Source: Octopus sinensis
Lineage: Eukaryota
Reading direction: 5' to 3'
Length of the DNA stretch: 64,000 bases
Assembly (NCBI RefSeq): GCF_006345805.1
Contig: NC_043012.1
Location: 31,248,001-31,312,000 of the forward strand
Shown: one piece after another, positions 25,760 to 38,124 of the stretch
Numbering within the stretch: position 1 is the first letter of the stretch
How the letters are laid out: every line of letters starts with the position of its first letter
Notes under the pieces: model-generated
Databases searched by the model: none
The model's input: the letters and a program-made list of their open reading frames with translations, nothing else
Told to the model about the DNA's origin: nothing
Program-made: the position numbers and the translations under genes

Positions 25760-26342
25760 ATATAGACGAAAACATATACCGAGCATCTCAGGAATTTACA
25801 ATATGAATGCAATTGAAAAGGTCGGGATACATTCTAAAAAATGAAATCTTCCCCTCAATTTTACACAGAACACAAATTCGCCAAAAATTTGTGAAAGTTA
25901 AAAAAAACCCCCAAAAGACAAAAAATAAAATAAAAAGAAAAAGAAAAGAGTTATGAGGAGTTACAAGGGGCGCTTAAACCAGAATTCCGCCAATTAAATC
26001 AGCTCCCCGTAAAACCATAATATTATGCAAATTGTTATTTTCAGCGTTTTGATACCATCATTTGGTGGCTTCTAAAAAATCCATTAAATATGTATATATC
26101 TTTTTTTGTAGAAAAATAAGTGTATACGGCCTCTGAACAAGTTGCAATTCCTGGCAAGAATCAGGTTAGGTCGTTCACTCCTTTTCTTTCATCATGAAAA
26201 ATGTGTAAAATTGACACTTGTTTATCAATGGAATCAATGGATTCGTTTACACATTTATGCAGATTCGATAAAATCTTGTATCTTTTCAGTAAGTACATAC
26301 ACACATACATATAGGTGATATTATGTATATATATATATATAT

Positions 26343-29300
26343 ATATTATATAAAAATAGTATTAGAGAAAAACCACTATTTTGCAAACAAAACAAGGAAA
26401 GACTTAATCAATACATAAAATTTAAATAAATAGTCCAAAAAACCGCCACTACAATCTTTCTTGTCTTGATCGACAATCTTCAGTGGACTTCCAATCTAAA
26501 AATCAATATTTTAAAATATAAAAATAATATTTAAAATAATTAAAGTATGAATGAAAAAATATAAGTATATAATCCATATATAACCTAAATAATCCATATA
26601 TAATCAATATATAAACAATATATAAACTAAAAAAACCTATCAACAATAAATATAAACTATAACATATAAAATATAAAATATAAAATATAAAATATAAAAC
26701 AAAAAAAAAAAAATATAATAAGATAATAATAAACTATATACACCCATACACAGATACCTAATTATATATAACCATATCTAACTACATACACTAAATCACA
26801 CACCTATATATATATCCCTATACATACACATAAAAACGTCTAGGCAACTATAAAAAATAAAATAGCTAAATACTTCAACACAATACTTATTCATACTCCC
26901 ACACACACACATACAACCCACATTCACGCTCTAGAAAACGGACATCACTCAAAACTATGACGGAGAAAATGGATAAATGGAATTAAAAATATATTCAATT
27001 GGTAAAAAACGAACACTACTTAAAAATTATGAATGAAACAATGCAATAAAACAACAGACATCGCAAATAGACACAAATTACTACGAATTCCTTAACAAAC
27101 TATCATGATAAACCAAAAACCTCATAAAAACATATAATGATAAAATCTCCATTTACTAAACTCTATATACAAACCTATATAGCAATCCCCCTAACCTAAA
27201 CATTCACACACAAATACACCACGTAAACCACACACCCACGACATATACAAATACCCACACCACTTACACATACAATACATACATATAAACCTCAACATAT
27301 ACTCCAAAACCCACTCAACCCCACACAGACAAATAAACACAAAAATTATGAATGGATTCTTTATAAAACTACCATGATAAGCTAAAACTCACAAAACAGA
27401 AATGATAAAACCTCCCTTTACTAAACAACACTATAACATACTTATATAGCAATCCCTTTAACCTATAATTCACACACAAACACACACGTAAACAACACAC
27501 CCCATAACAAATACAAACACCCACCCCACTCACACACACCAACAAGTACATATAAGCCTCAACATATACACCAAACAAAATTACTTACCAAGGAACTTAA
27601 CATATGTATAAAAAGTATAACCGCCTGGGTAACGAACATCTCTAATTAATGAATGAGAAATGAATAAATGGAATTAAAAATAATATTCACGTGGCAAAAC
27701 GAACACCACTCAAAAATTATGAATGAAACAATGTAATAAAACAACCGACATCGAAAATAGACAAATTACCACGAATTCCCTAAAAAAAACCATGATAAAC
27801 CCAAACTCTTAAAAACATATAACGATAAAATCTCCCTTTGCTAAACTCTATAACAAACCTATATAATAATCCCCTAACCTAAACATTCCACACACTCAAA
27901 TACACACACTAACCCACAGACCCACGACTTATACACATACCTATACTAACTTATAAACCTCAATATACACCAAAACCCACTCACTCCCACACAGACAAAT
28001 TAACACATACATCCCAAAACCTAAATAACAAACCCATATACACATTCACACACAAACACACACACACGCAAAACCCACACACACAACGGATACATATCTC
28101 CCTCACATATACGCATATACATACTCACTAACTCGATATATACAACAATATTTACACACCCACCCATACATAAAATAAATTATACAACTAAAAACTCACA
28201 CACCAAACTCATATACATAAACACTCCTATGAAAACAACATTAAATACATCGTAATAACCAGAATATCAAAAATAACAAATGACATAAGGATAAATAAAA
28301 GACATACTTACAAGTCAGTTTCAAATATGAATGAAATTAAATTCTTATCTTAGCCGTTAAAAAAATCAAACCAAAATTACGTTACCATAGAAATAACTTA
28401 TGTAAAAAAAGAATACGCGCCATGGAAAGTAAACGTCATTTAAATTATGAATGGAGAAATAGAATAAATGGAACTAAAAACTATATCCACGTGGCAAACC
28501 AACACTACTTAAAAAATTTATTATGAATGGATTCTTTAAAAAACTACCATGAAAAATCATTATATACATTTATGAGCTTTAGCTCACCTTAGCAGCTCTA
28601 ACAAACAACTTGCAGTAACCCAAACCCATTCTCTATGCTACCTCACTACTACACTATTCCATTCACAATTCCAAGCACGCTAGTCCACCACCCGGTTATT
28701 CACGTGGCAAAACGAACACCACTCAAAAATTAAGAATGAAACAATGTAATAAAACAACCAACATCGAAAATAGACAAATTACCACGAATTCCCTAAAAAA
28801 AACCATGATAAACCAAAACTCATAAAACATATAACGATAAAATCTCCCTTTGCTAAACTCTATAACAAACCTATAAAGCAATCCCCCTAACCTAAACATT
28901 CACACCAAATACCACACGTAAACCACAGACCCACGACTTATACACATACCTATACTAACTTATAAACCTCAACATACACCAAAACCCACTCCCTCCCCAC
29001 ACAGACAAATTAACACATACATCCCAAAACCTAAATAACAAACCCATATACACATCACACACAAACACACACAACACGCAAAACACACACACACAACGAT
29101 ACAAATACTCCCTCACATATACGCATATACATACTCACTAACTCGATATATACAACAATAATTACACAACCCACACTCATACAGATAATAAATTATACAA
29201 CTAAAAACTCACACACATCTCATATACATAAACACTCCTATGAAAACACATTAAATACATCGTAATTAACCAAATATCAAAAATAATAATATGATATAAG

Positions 29301-29828
29301 GATAAATAAAATACATACTTACAAGTTAGTTTCAAAATTATGAAGTGAAATTAAATTCTTAGCCGTTAAAAAAACAAACAACCAAAATTACGTTACCATA
29401 GAAATAACTTATGTAAAAAAAGAGAATACGCGCCATAGAAAGTAAACGTCATTTAATTATGAATGGAGAAATAGAATAAATGGAACTAAAAACTATATCC
29501 ACTTAGCAAACCAACACTACTTAAAAAATTTATTATGAATGGATTCTGAAAAAAACTACCATGAAAAATCATTATATACAATTATGAGCTTTAGCTCACC
29601 TTAGCAGCTCTAACAAACAACTTGCAGTACCCAAAACTATTCTCGATGCCTACCTCACTACCACAATAATCCATTCACAATTCCAAGCAACGCTAGTCCA
29701 CCACCCGGTTACAATTCCCAACTCCACCCATTCATTCACAATTTCAACGACATTCGCCTCCACAGCGCTACATATAAGCCTCAACATATACACCGGAGAT
29801 ACACTTACACATCCGTGCGGATGGGTGA
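26343..29828 (-). repeat. Left arm: inverted copy of the element 3' region
   Basis: Ends cacatccgtgcggatgggtga, the reverse complement of tcacccatccgcacggatgtg at 32951; starts atattat..attagagaaaaaccactattttgc, matching the right end at 37921-37960. Confidence 0.95.
26447..26488 (-). ncRNA. Hammerhead ribozyme, left-arm copy (two single-C differences)
   Basis: Reverse complement: cca-CTGAAGA-ttgtc-gatcaa-gacaa-GAAA-gatt-GTA-gtgg. Confidence 0.65.
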
Positions 29829-31852
29829 TGATATTCTTTATAATATTAATAAGGCCTCTAAAGTAGTAATGTTAAAATATGAGTTGGATAATAAAACTGA
29901 ACCTTATGTACCTTTGCACCCCAGAATTACTCTTAAAGACCATAAAGATAATTTTTATTCAGACCCTAAAGTTAGATTAATTTGCCCATGTAAATCGGAC
30001 CTAGGTAAATTAAGTAAATTTATTTTAGATAAATATATTGATAAGTTAAATAAACTTAATTATTTAAAATTATGGTTTAGTAATAATAATACATTGAAAT
30101 GTTTAATATATTAAAGATAAAATCGTTATAAATTTATTCAAATAGATATGATAATTATTATTCTTCTATTAATGAAATTGTGTTTAATAAAGCGCTTATT
30201 TTCGCAATGAATAAAGTGGGTATGTCACGGGAAGAGTTAATGTAATTAAAATGGCTAGGAGATCGCTAATTAAATATAAAAAAATTATGGGCTAGGAATG
30301 ATACTAGAGATTGTTTTGATATACCTATGGGAGCACCAGATTCTGCACAGGCTACTGATTTAGTAGGTATTTTTCTTTTATCTGAACTCCAATTAGAAAA
30401 TCTTAAGATAGAGGGTGGTTTATATAGAGACGATCTTCTACTAGTTACAAAGAATTGTACTAATAGGAATCTAGAAGTATATAAGAAAAAACTATATAGT
30501 TTCTTTAAAAGATATGGTTTAAGTATTACTATATATAAGGAGAATTATAATGTTAATTATTTAGATGTTAATTTTAATCTTATTACAGGTAAAACACAAC
30601 CATATCATAAACTTAATGAGAACCTTAGATATATAAATGTTAATAGTAATCACCCATTTTCTATTAAAAAATCGTTGATTAATAATATAAGTAAACGTTT
30701 TCATTACTCTCTTATGATATAGAGATTTTTAATAAACATGCTAATTATTATAATGAGGCCCTTAGAGGGGCAGGTTATAATAGGAATATTAAATTTTATA
30801 ATATTAGTGATAAAGATTTAATTGTTAATTTTCGAGATACTTCTAATAATAATTATATTTTGTTAGGTTAGTGGTAAAAATAATAGATATTATAAAAAAA
30901 ATAATAAAAATGATAAAAATATAAAAGAATAATAATAATAATAATAAATATAATAATATAATATAAATAAGAATAATATAAATAAAAATAAATTTAATAA
31001 TTATTAAATAATTATATTGATAAATTTAATAATATTAATAATTCCTTAAATGCTGTACATAGATATAATTCTGATAATAATTTTAATAAAATAAAGAATT
31101 ATAATATATTTATAATAATGATAATAATAATAAGGTTAATAAGAATAAAATTTGGTTAATAGTTCCTTATGGAGATCAAGTAAAAACGAATATTATTAAA
31201 GAGATTTTAGATGTTATAGAACTATTTATTAGAGATAATCGTAAATATAGAAACATTTTCTCTTTTAATAATTTTGGAGTTGGTTACTCTACCACTAATA
31301 ATGTTGGTAACATTATTTCTTCGTTTAATAAATATAACTGAATAATTTTTATAAAAAGAAATTATTTGATAATAATATTAATAATGATAAGACTTATATT
31401 AATGTACATGTAGAGATAAATCTAATTGTATATTAAATAATAATTGTGATATTAACGATGTAGTGTATAAATGTATAGTTACATTACATGATAATAACTT
31501 TAGAATAATAATTACACAAAAGCGGTTTATATAGGTTCTACTTCCTCAAAAATAAAACTAAGAATCGCACAACATATGAATTCTTTTAAAAATAAAAACT
31601 TAATCAACTCAACCGGACTTAGTAAGTACATTTGGAGTCTTAAATCACTAAATATTAATTATAGTTTACTTTGGGAATAATTTGTAAAACTAAATCATAT
31701 ACTATAGGAGCTAATTGTTGTTATTTATGCTCTAATGAGTTTAAAGAAATTTTATTTTATAAGTATGATAATTTACTTAATACTGGTGAAGAGCGCAAAA
31801 TAAAATGCAGACATAAGTTACTTTACCTATATAATAAGTTTCATGATAAATA
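29821..31852 (+). pseudogene. PLE reverse transcriptase + GIY-YIG endonuclease ORF (5'-truncated, frameshifted in this sequence)
   Basis: ITLKDHKDNF..PKVRLICPCKSDLGKLSK, IQID, PMGAPDS, GLYRDDLL, YLDVNFNL, SNHPFSI, VPYGDQVKTNI, CTCRDKSNC..VVYK..VYIGST..RIAQH..SKYIWSLK..CYLC..LLN..CRHK. This motif set matches what I know of Naiad PLEs. Confidence 0.92.
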
Positions 31853-32950
31853 GCAATAATAGTTCCCTTTTAGGTTACTTTAGTTTAGTTTAAATTAGTT
31901 TAGATAATATATTTTTGGTTATGTTGTCTAGGCTTTAATTATAGTTAGTCTTTATTGATATTTCTTTGTTTTAATTAGTTCATTTTTAATGTATATTAAT
32001 TTTTTTTATTTTATTTTATTTTATTTTATTATGTATTTTTATTATGCATTTGTTATATGTATTTTGGAGGATATATTTATATGTTTTGGGTGTTATTTAG
32101 TGGTGTTTTTATTGAGATTTGTATGTATGTGTGAATGTTTAAGATCCCTTTGTTTTTTGTTTTTTATTTGGTATGTTGAATTGACAGATTTTATTTGGGT
32201 ATTGTCTGTTATAATAAAGTACACACACCCATAACAAATATAAGTGCCCACTTCATTCGTTGTACCTGGAATTGCATGTGAGCCTCAGCATATACACCTA
32301 ACGGCCACTCCCGCCCCACATGGATAAATAAACACATACATCCCCAAAAATGGACTTAATCCCATTCACACCAATTATATGTATACAATTATACACACTA
32401 GAATAATACATAACTAACCCAAATATACAGAACATACTAAAAATCACCAACTAACCACCATCACAAATGAAACCCACACCCATACAATGAAAACACTCCC
32501 CCCTCCATACCCAATTTACACCCACATAGTAATCCCAATATATTCATCCATACATGGACGCAAGTGCGTGAAGCACATGCACATAATTAATACGTACAAC
32601 CCCCTAATACACACTTATATACATACGTATCAAGCTCGACATCCACTGCGATACGCTTACACCCACTCACACCCAGATGGGTGAATTGCACAACCAGGGA
32701 ACGCACACACACACGTGTGCGTTTTTTGATTGTGCAATTCGCCCATATGCATGTATGCGGGCGCGATTACATTGTTGCATATATCGAGCCCAAATAGCAT
32801 GCATATGTACATGTGAGGGGGTACACGCAAATGACGTGCGCGTGTACCCCCTGCATTTATACCCGTGCGTGAATATACACATGGAGACTACCACACAGGT
32901 ACAAATGTGTATAGTAATGGGAGCCCCATCACTACACTCAATGTATACTC

Positions 32951-35900
32951 TCACCCATCCGCACGGATGTGTAAGTGTATCTCCGGTGTATATGTTGAGG
33001 CTTATATGTAGCGCTGTGGAGGCGAATGTCGTTGAAATTGTGAATGAATGGGTGGAGTTGGGAATCGTAACCGGGTGGTGGACTAGCGTTGCTTGGAATT
33101 GTGAATGGATTAGTGTGGTAGTGAGGTAGGCATCGAGAATAGTTTTGGGTACTGCAAGTTGTTTGTTAGAGCTGCTAAGGTGAGCTAAAGCTCATAATTG
33201 TATATAATGATTTTTCATGGTAGTTTTTTTAAGAATCCATTCATAATAAATTTTTTTAAGTAGTGTTGGTTTGCTAAGTGGATATATTTTTTAGTTCCAT
33301 TTATTCTATTTCTCCATTCATAATTTAAATGACGTTTACTTTCTATGGCGCGTATTCTCTTTTTTTTACATAAGTTATTTCTATGGTAACGTAATTTTGG
33401 TTTGGTTTTTTTAACGGCTAAGAATTTAATTTCACTTCATAATTTTGAAACTAACTTGTAAGTATGTATTTTATTTATCCTTATATCATATTATTATTTT
33501 TGATATTCTGGTTAATTACGATGTATTTAATGTTGTTTTCATAGGAGTGTTTATGTATATGAGATTGTGTGTGAGTTTTTAGTTGTATAATTTATTTATC
33601 TGTATGAGTGTGGGTGTGTAATTATTGTTGTATATATCGAGTTTAGTGAGTATGTATATGCGTATATGTGAGGGAGTATTTGTATCTGTTGTGTGTGTGT
33701 GTTTTGCGTGTGTGTGTGTTTGTGTGTGAATGTGTATATGGTTTGTTATTTAGGTTTTGGGATGTATGTGTTAATTGTCTGTGTGGGGAGGAGTGGGTTT
33801 TGGTGTATAATGAGGTTTATAAGTTAGTATAGGTATGTGTATAAGTCGTGGGTCTGTGGTTTACGTGTGTGTATTGTGTGTGAATGTTAGATTAGGGGGA
33901 TTGCTATATAGGTTTGTTATAGAGTTTAGCAAAGGGAGATTTTATCGTTATATGTTTTTATGAGTTTTGGTTTATCATGGTTTTTTTAGGGAATTTGTGG
34001 TAATTTGTCTATTTTCGATGTTGGTTGTTTTATTACATTGTTTCATTCATAATTTTTGAGTGGTGTTCGTTTTGCCACGTGAATAACCGGGTGGTGGACT
34101 AGCGTTGCTTGGAATTGTGAATGGAATAGTGTAGTAGTGAGGTAGGCATAGAGAATGGGTTTGGGTTACTGCAAGTTGTTTGTTAGAGCTGCTACGGTGA
34201 GCTAAAGCTCATAAATGTATATAATGATTTTTCATGGTAGTTTTTTAAAGAATCCATTCATAATAAATTAATTTTTTTAAGTAGTGTTGATTTGCCACGT
34301 GGATATAGTTTTTAGTTCCATTAATTCTATTTCTCCATTCATAATTTAAATGACGTTTACTTTCCATGGCGCGTATTCTTTTTTTACATAAGTTATTTCT
34401 ATGGTAACGTAATTTTGGTTTGATTTTTTTAACGGCTAAGAATTTAATTTCACTTCATAATTTGAAACTGACTTGTAAGTATGTCTTTTATTTATCCTTA
34501 TGTCATATTGTTATTTTTGATATTCTGGTTAATTACGATGTATTTAATGTTGTTTTCATAGGAGTGTTTATGTATATGAGTTTGTGTGTGAGTTTTTAGT
34601 TGTATAATTTATTTATCTGTATGAGTGTGGGTGTGTATTTATTGTTGTATATATTGAGTTTAGTGAGTATGTATATGCGTATATGTGAGGGAGTATATGT
34701 ATCCGTTGTGTGTGTGTGTTTTGCGTGTGTGTGTGTTTGTGTGTGAATGTGTATATGGGTTTGTTATTTAGGTTTTGGGATGTATGTGTTAATTTGTCTG
34801 TGTGGGGAGTGAGTGGGTTTTGGTGTATATTGAGGTTTATAAGTTAGTATAGGTATGTGTATAAGTCGTGGGTCTGTGGTTTACGTGTGTGTATTTGTGT
34901 GTGAATGTTTAGGTTAGGGGATTATTATATAGGTTTGTTATAGAGTTTAGCAAAGGGAGATTTTATCGTTATATGTTTTTAAGAGTTTTGGTTTATCATG
35001 GTTTTTTTAGGGAATTCGTGGTAATTTGTCTATTTTCGATGTTGGTTGTTTTATTACATTGTTTCATTCATAATTTTTGAGTGGTGTTCGTTTTGCCACG
35101 TGAATATTATTTTTAATTCCATTTATTCCATTTCTCCATTCATTAATTTAGAGATGTTCGTTTCCAGAGCGGTTATACTTTTTATACATATGTTAAGTTC
35201 CCGTGTGTGTGTGTTTGTGTGTGAATGTGTATATGGGTTTGTTATTTAGGTTTTGGGATGTATGTGTTAATTTGTCTGTGTGGGGAGGGAGTGGGTTTTG
35301 GTGTATGTTGAGGTTTATAAGTTAGTATAGGTATGTGTATAAGTCGTGGGTCTGTGGTTTACGTGTGTGTATTTGTGTGTGAATGTTTAGGTTAGGGGGA
35401 TTGCTTTATAGGTTTGTTATAGAGTTTAGCAAAGGGAGATTTTATCGTTATATGTTTTTATGAGTTTTGGTTTATCATGGTTTTTTTAGGGAATTCGTGG
35501 TAATTTGTCTATTTTCGATGTTGGTTGTTTTATTACATTGTTTCGTTCTTAATTTTTGAGTGGTGTTCGTTTTGCCACGTGAATAACCGGGTGGTGGACT
35601 AGCCTTGCTTGGAATTGTGAATGGAATAGTGTAGTAGTGAGGTAGGCATAGAGAATGGGTTTGGGTTACTACAAGTTGTTTGTTAGAGCTGCTAAGGTGA
35701 GCTAAAGCTCATAAATGTATATAATGATTTTTCATGGTAGTTTTTTAAAGAATCCATTCATAATAAATTTTTTTAAGTAGTGTTGGTTTGCCACGTGGAT
35801 ATAGTTTTTAGTTCCATTTATTCTATTTCTCCATTCATAATTTAAATGACGTTTACTTTCCATGGCGCGTATTCTTTTTTTACATAAGTTATTTCTATGG

Positions 35901-37960
35901 TAACGTAATTTTGGTTTGATTTTTTTAACGGCTAAGAATTTAATTTCATTTCATAATTTGTAACTGACTTGTAAGTATGTCTTTTATTTATCCTTATGTC
36001 ATATTGTTATTTTTGATATTCTGGTTAATTACGATGTATTTAATGTTGTTTTCATAGGAGTGTTTATGTATATGAGTTTGTGTGTGAGTTTTTAGTTGTA
36101 TAATTTATTTATCTGTATGAGTGTGGGTGTGTAAATATTGTTGTATATATCGAGTTTAGTGAGTATGTATATGCGTATATGTGAGGGAGTATATGTATCC
36201 GTTGTGTGTGTGTGTGTTTTGCGTGTGTGTGTGTTTGTGTGTGAATGTGTATATGGGTTTGTTATTTAGGTTTTGGGATGTATGTGTTAATTTGTCTGTG
36301 TGGGGAGTGAGTGGGTTTTGGTGTATATTGAGGTTTATAAGTTAGTATAGGTATGTGTATAAGTCGTGGGTCTGTGGTTTACGTGTGTGTATTTGTGTGT
36401 GAATGTTTAGGTTAGGGGATTATTATATAGGTTTGTTATAGAGTTTAGCAAAGGGAGATTTTATCGTTATATGTTTTTAAGAGTTTTGGTTTATCATGGT
36501 TTTTTTTAGGGAATTCGTGGTAATTTGTCTATTTTCGATGTCGGTTGTTTTATTACATTGTTTCATTCATAATTTTTGAGTGGTGTTCGTTTTGCCACGT
36601 GAATATTATTTTTAATTCCATTTATTCCATTTCTCCATTCATTAATTTAGAGATGTTCGTTACCAGAGCGGTTATACTTTTTATACATATGTTAAGTTCC
36701 TTGGTAAGTAATTTTGTTTGGTGTATATGTTGAGGCTTATATGTACTTGTGGTGTGTGTGAGTGGGGTGGGTGTTTGTATTTGTTATGGGGTGTGGTTTA
36801 CGTGTGTGTTTTGTGTGTGAATGTATAGGTTAAAGGATTGCTATATAAGTATGTTATAGTGTTTAGTAAAGGGAGGTTTTATCATTTCTGTTTTGTGAGT
36901 TTTAGCTTATCATGGTAGTTTTATAAAAAATCCATTCATAATTTTTGTGTTTATTTGTCTGTGTGGGGTTGAGTGGGTTTTTGGAGTATATGTTGAGGTT
37001 TATATGTATGTATTGGTATGTGTAAGTGGTGTGGGTATTTGTATATGTCGTGGGTGTGTGGTTTACGTGTGTGTATTTGTGTGTGAATGTTTAGGTTAGG
37101 GGGATTGCTATATAGGTTTGTTATAGAGTTTAGTAAATGGAGATTTTATCATTATATGTTTTTATGAGTTTTTGGTTTATCATGATAGGTTTGTTAAGGA
37201 ATTCGTAGTAATTTGTGTCTATTTGCGATGTCTGTTGTTTTATTGCATTGTTTCATTCATAATTTTTAAGTAGTGTTCGTTTTTACCAAGTGAATATAAT
37301 TTTTAATTCCATTTATTCCATTTCTCCGTTCATAGTTTTGAGTGATGTCCGTTTTCTAGAGCGTGAATGTGGGTTGTATGTGTGTGTGTGTGGGAGTATG
37401 AATAAGTATTGTGTTGAAGTATTTAGCTATTTTATTTATTTATAGTTGCCTAGACGTTTTTATGTGTATGTATAGGGATATATATATAGGTGTGTGATTT
37501 AGTGTATGTAGTTAGATATGGTTATATATAATTAGGTATATGTGTATGGGTGTATATATAGTTTATTATTATATTATTATTATTATTTTTTTGTTTTGTT
37601 TTATATTTTATATTTTATATTTTATATTTTATATTTTATAGTTTATATTTAATTGTTGATAGGTTTTTTTAGTTTATATATTGTTTATATATTGATTATA
37701 TATGGATTATATATAGGTTATATATGGATTATATACTTATATTTTTTCATTCATACTTTAATTATTTTAAAATTATTATTTTTATATTTTAAAATATTGA
37801 TTTTTTAGATTGGAGTCCACCTGAAGATTGTCGATCAAGACAAGAAACGATTGTAGTGGCGGTTTTTTTGACTATTTATTAAAATTTTATGTATTGATTA
37901 AGTCTTTCCTTGTTTGTTTTGCAAAATAGTGGTTTTGTCTCTAATAATATTTTATAATAT
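32951..37960 (+). repeat. Right arm: long G/T-rich 3' region with ~1.02-kb tandem units
   Basis: Marker gtggtgttcgttttgccacgtgaata at ~34060, 35080, 35560 and 36580. Confidence 0.9.
37817..37859 (+). ncRNA. Minimal type-I hammerhead ribozyme
   Basis: ccac-CTGAAGA-TTGTC-gatcaa-GACAA-GAAAC-gatt-GTA-gtgg: full conserved core, 5-bp stem II, 4-bp stem I, GUA triplet. Confidence 0.85.
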
Positions 37961-38066
37961 TACTATTAAATTGGATTTAATCCTAAATCTGATTTTTTCC
38001 CTGTAAATTTGGATTTATTCCCTAATATTTATTATATATATATATATATATCATCTATGTATGAGC

Positions 38067-38115
<49 letters not shown>

Positions 38116-38124
38116 TATATATAT

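Larger units (their letters stand above)
26343..37960 (+). mobile_element. Penelope-like retroelement (Naiad/Chlamys type) with long inverted arms
   Basis: Arm 26343-29828 is the reverse complement of 32951-37960 apart from extra tandem units on the right. RT-GIY-YIG ORF in the loop, HHR near both outer ends, (TA)n flanks. Confidence 0.9.

Noticed and set aside
29821-31852. Selenocysteine (in-frame TGA) recoding, reported for some Naiads
   Set aside because: In the segments I translated, conserved Cys positions use TGT/TGC and the interruptions are indels, not TGA codons.
32951-36700. Regular long repeats as a CRISPR-like array
   Set aside because: Units are ~0.5-1 kb with no unique spacers; eukaryotic context and no cas genes.
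26343-37960. Missed-adapter sequencing palindrome as the explanation of the giant inverted repeat
   Set aside because: Such artefacts have tiny loops; here the loop is 3.1 kb of unique ORF-bearing sequence and the geometry fits PLE biology. Read-level confirmation is still needed.
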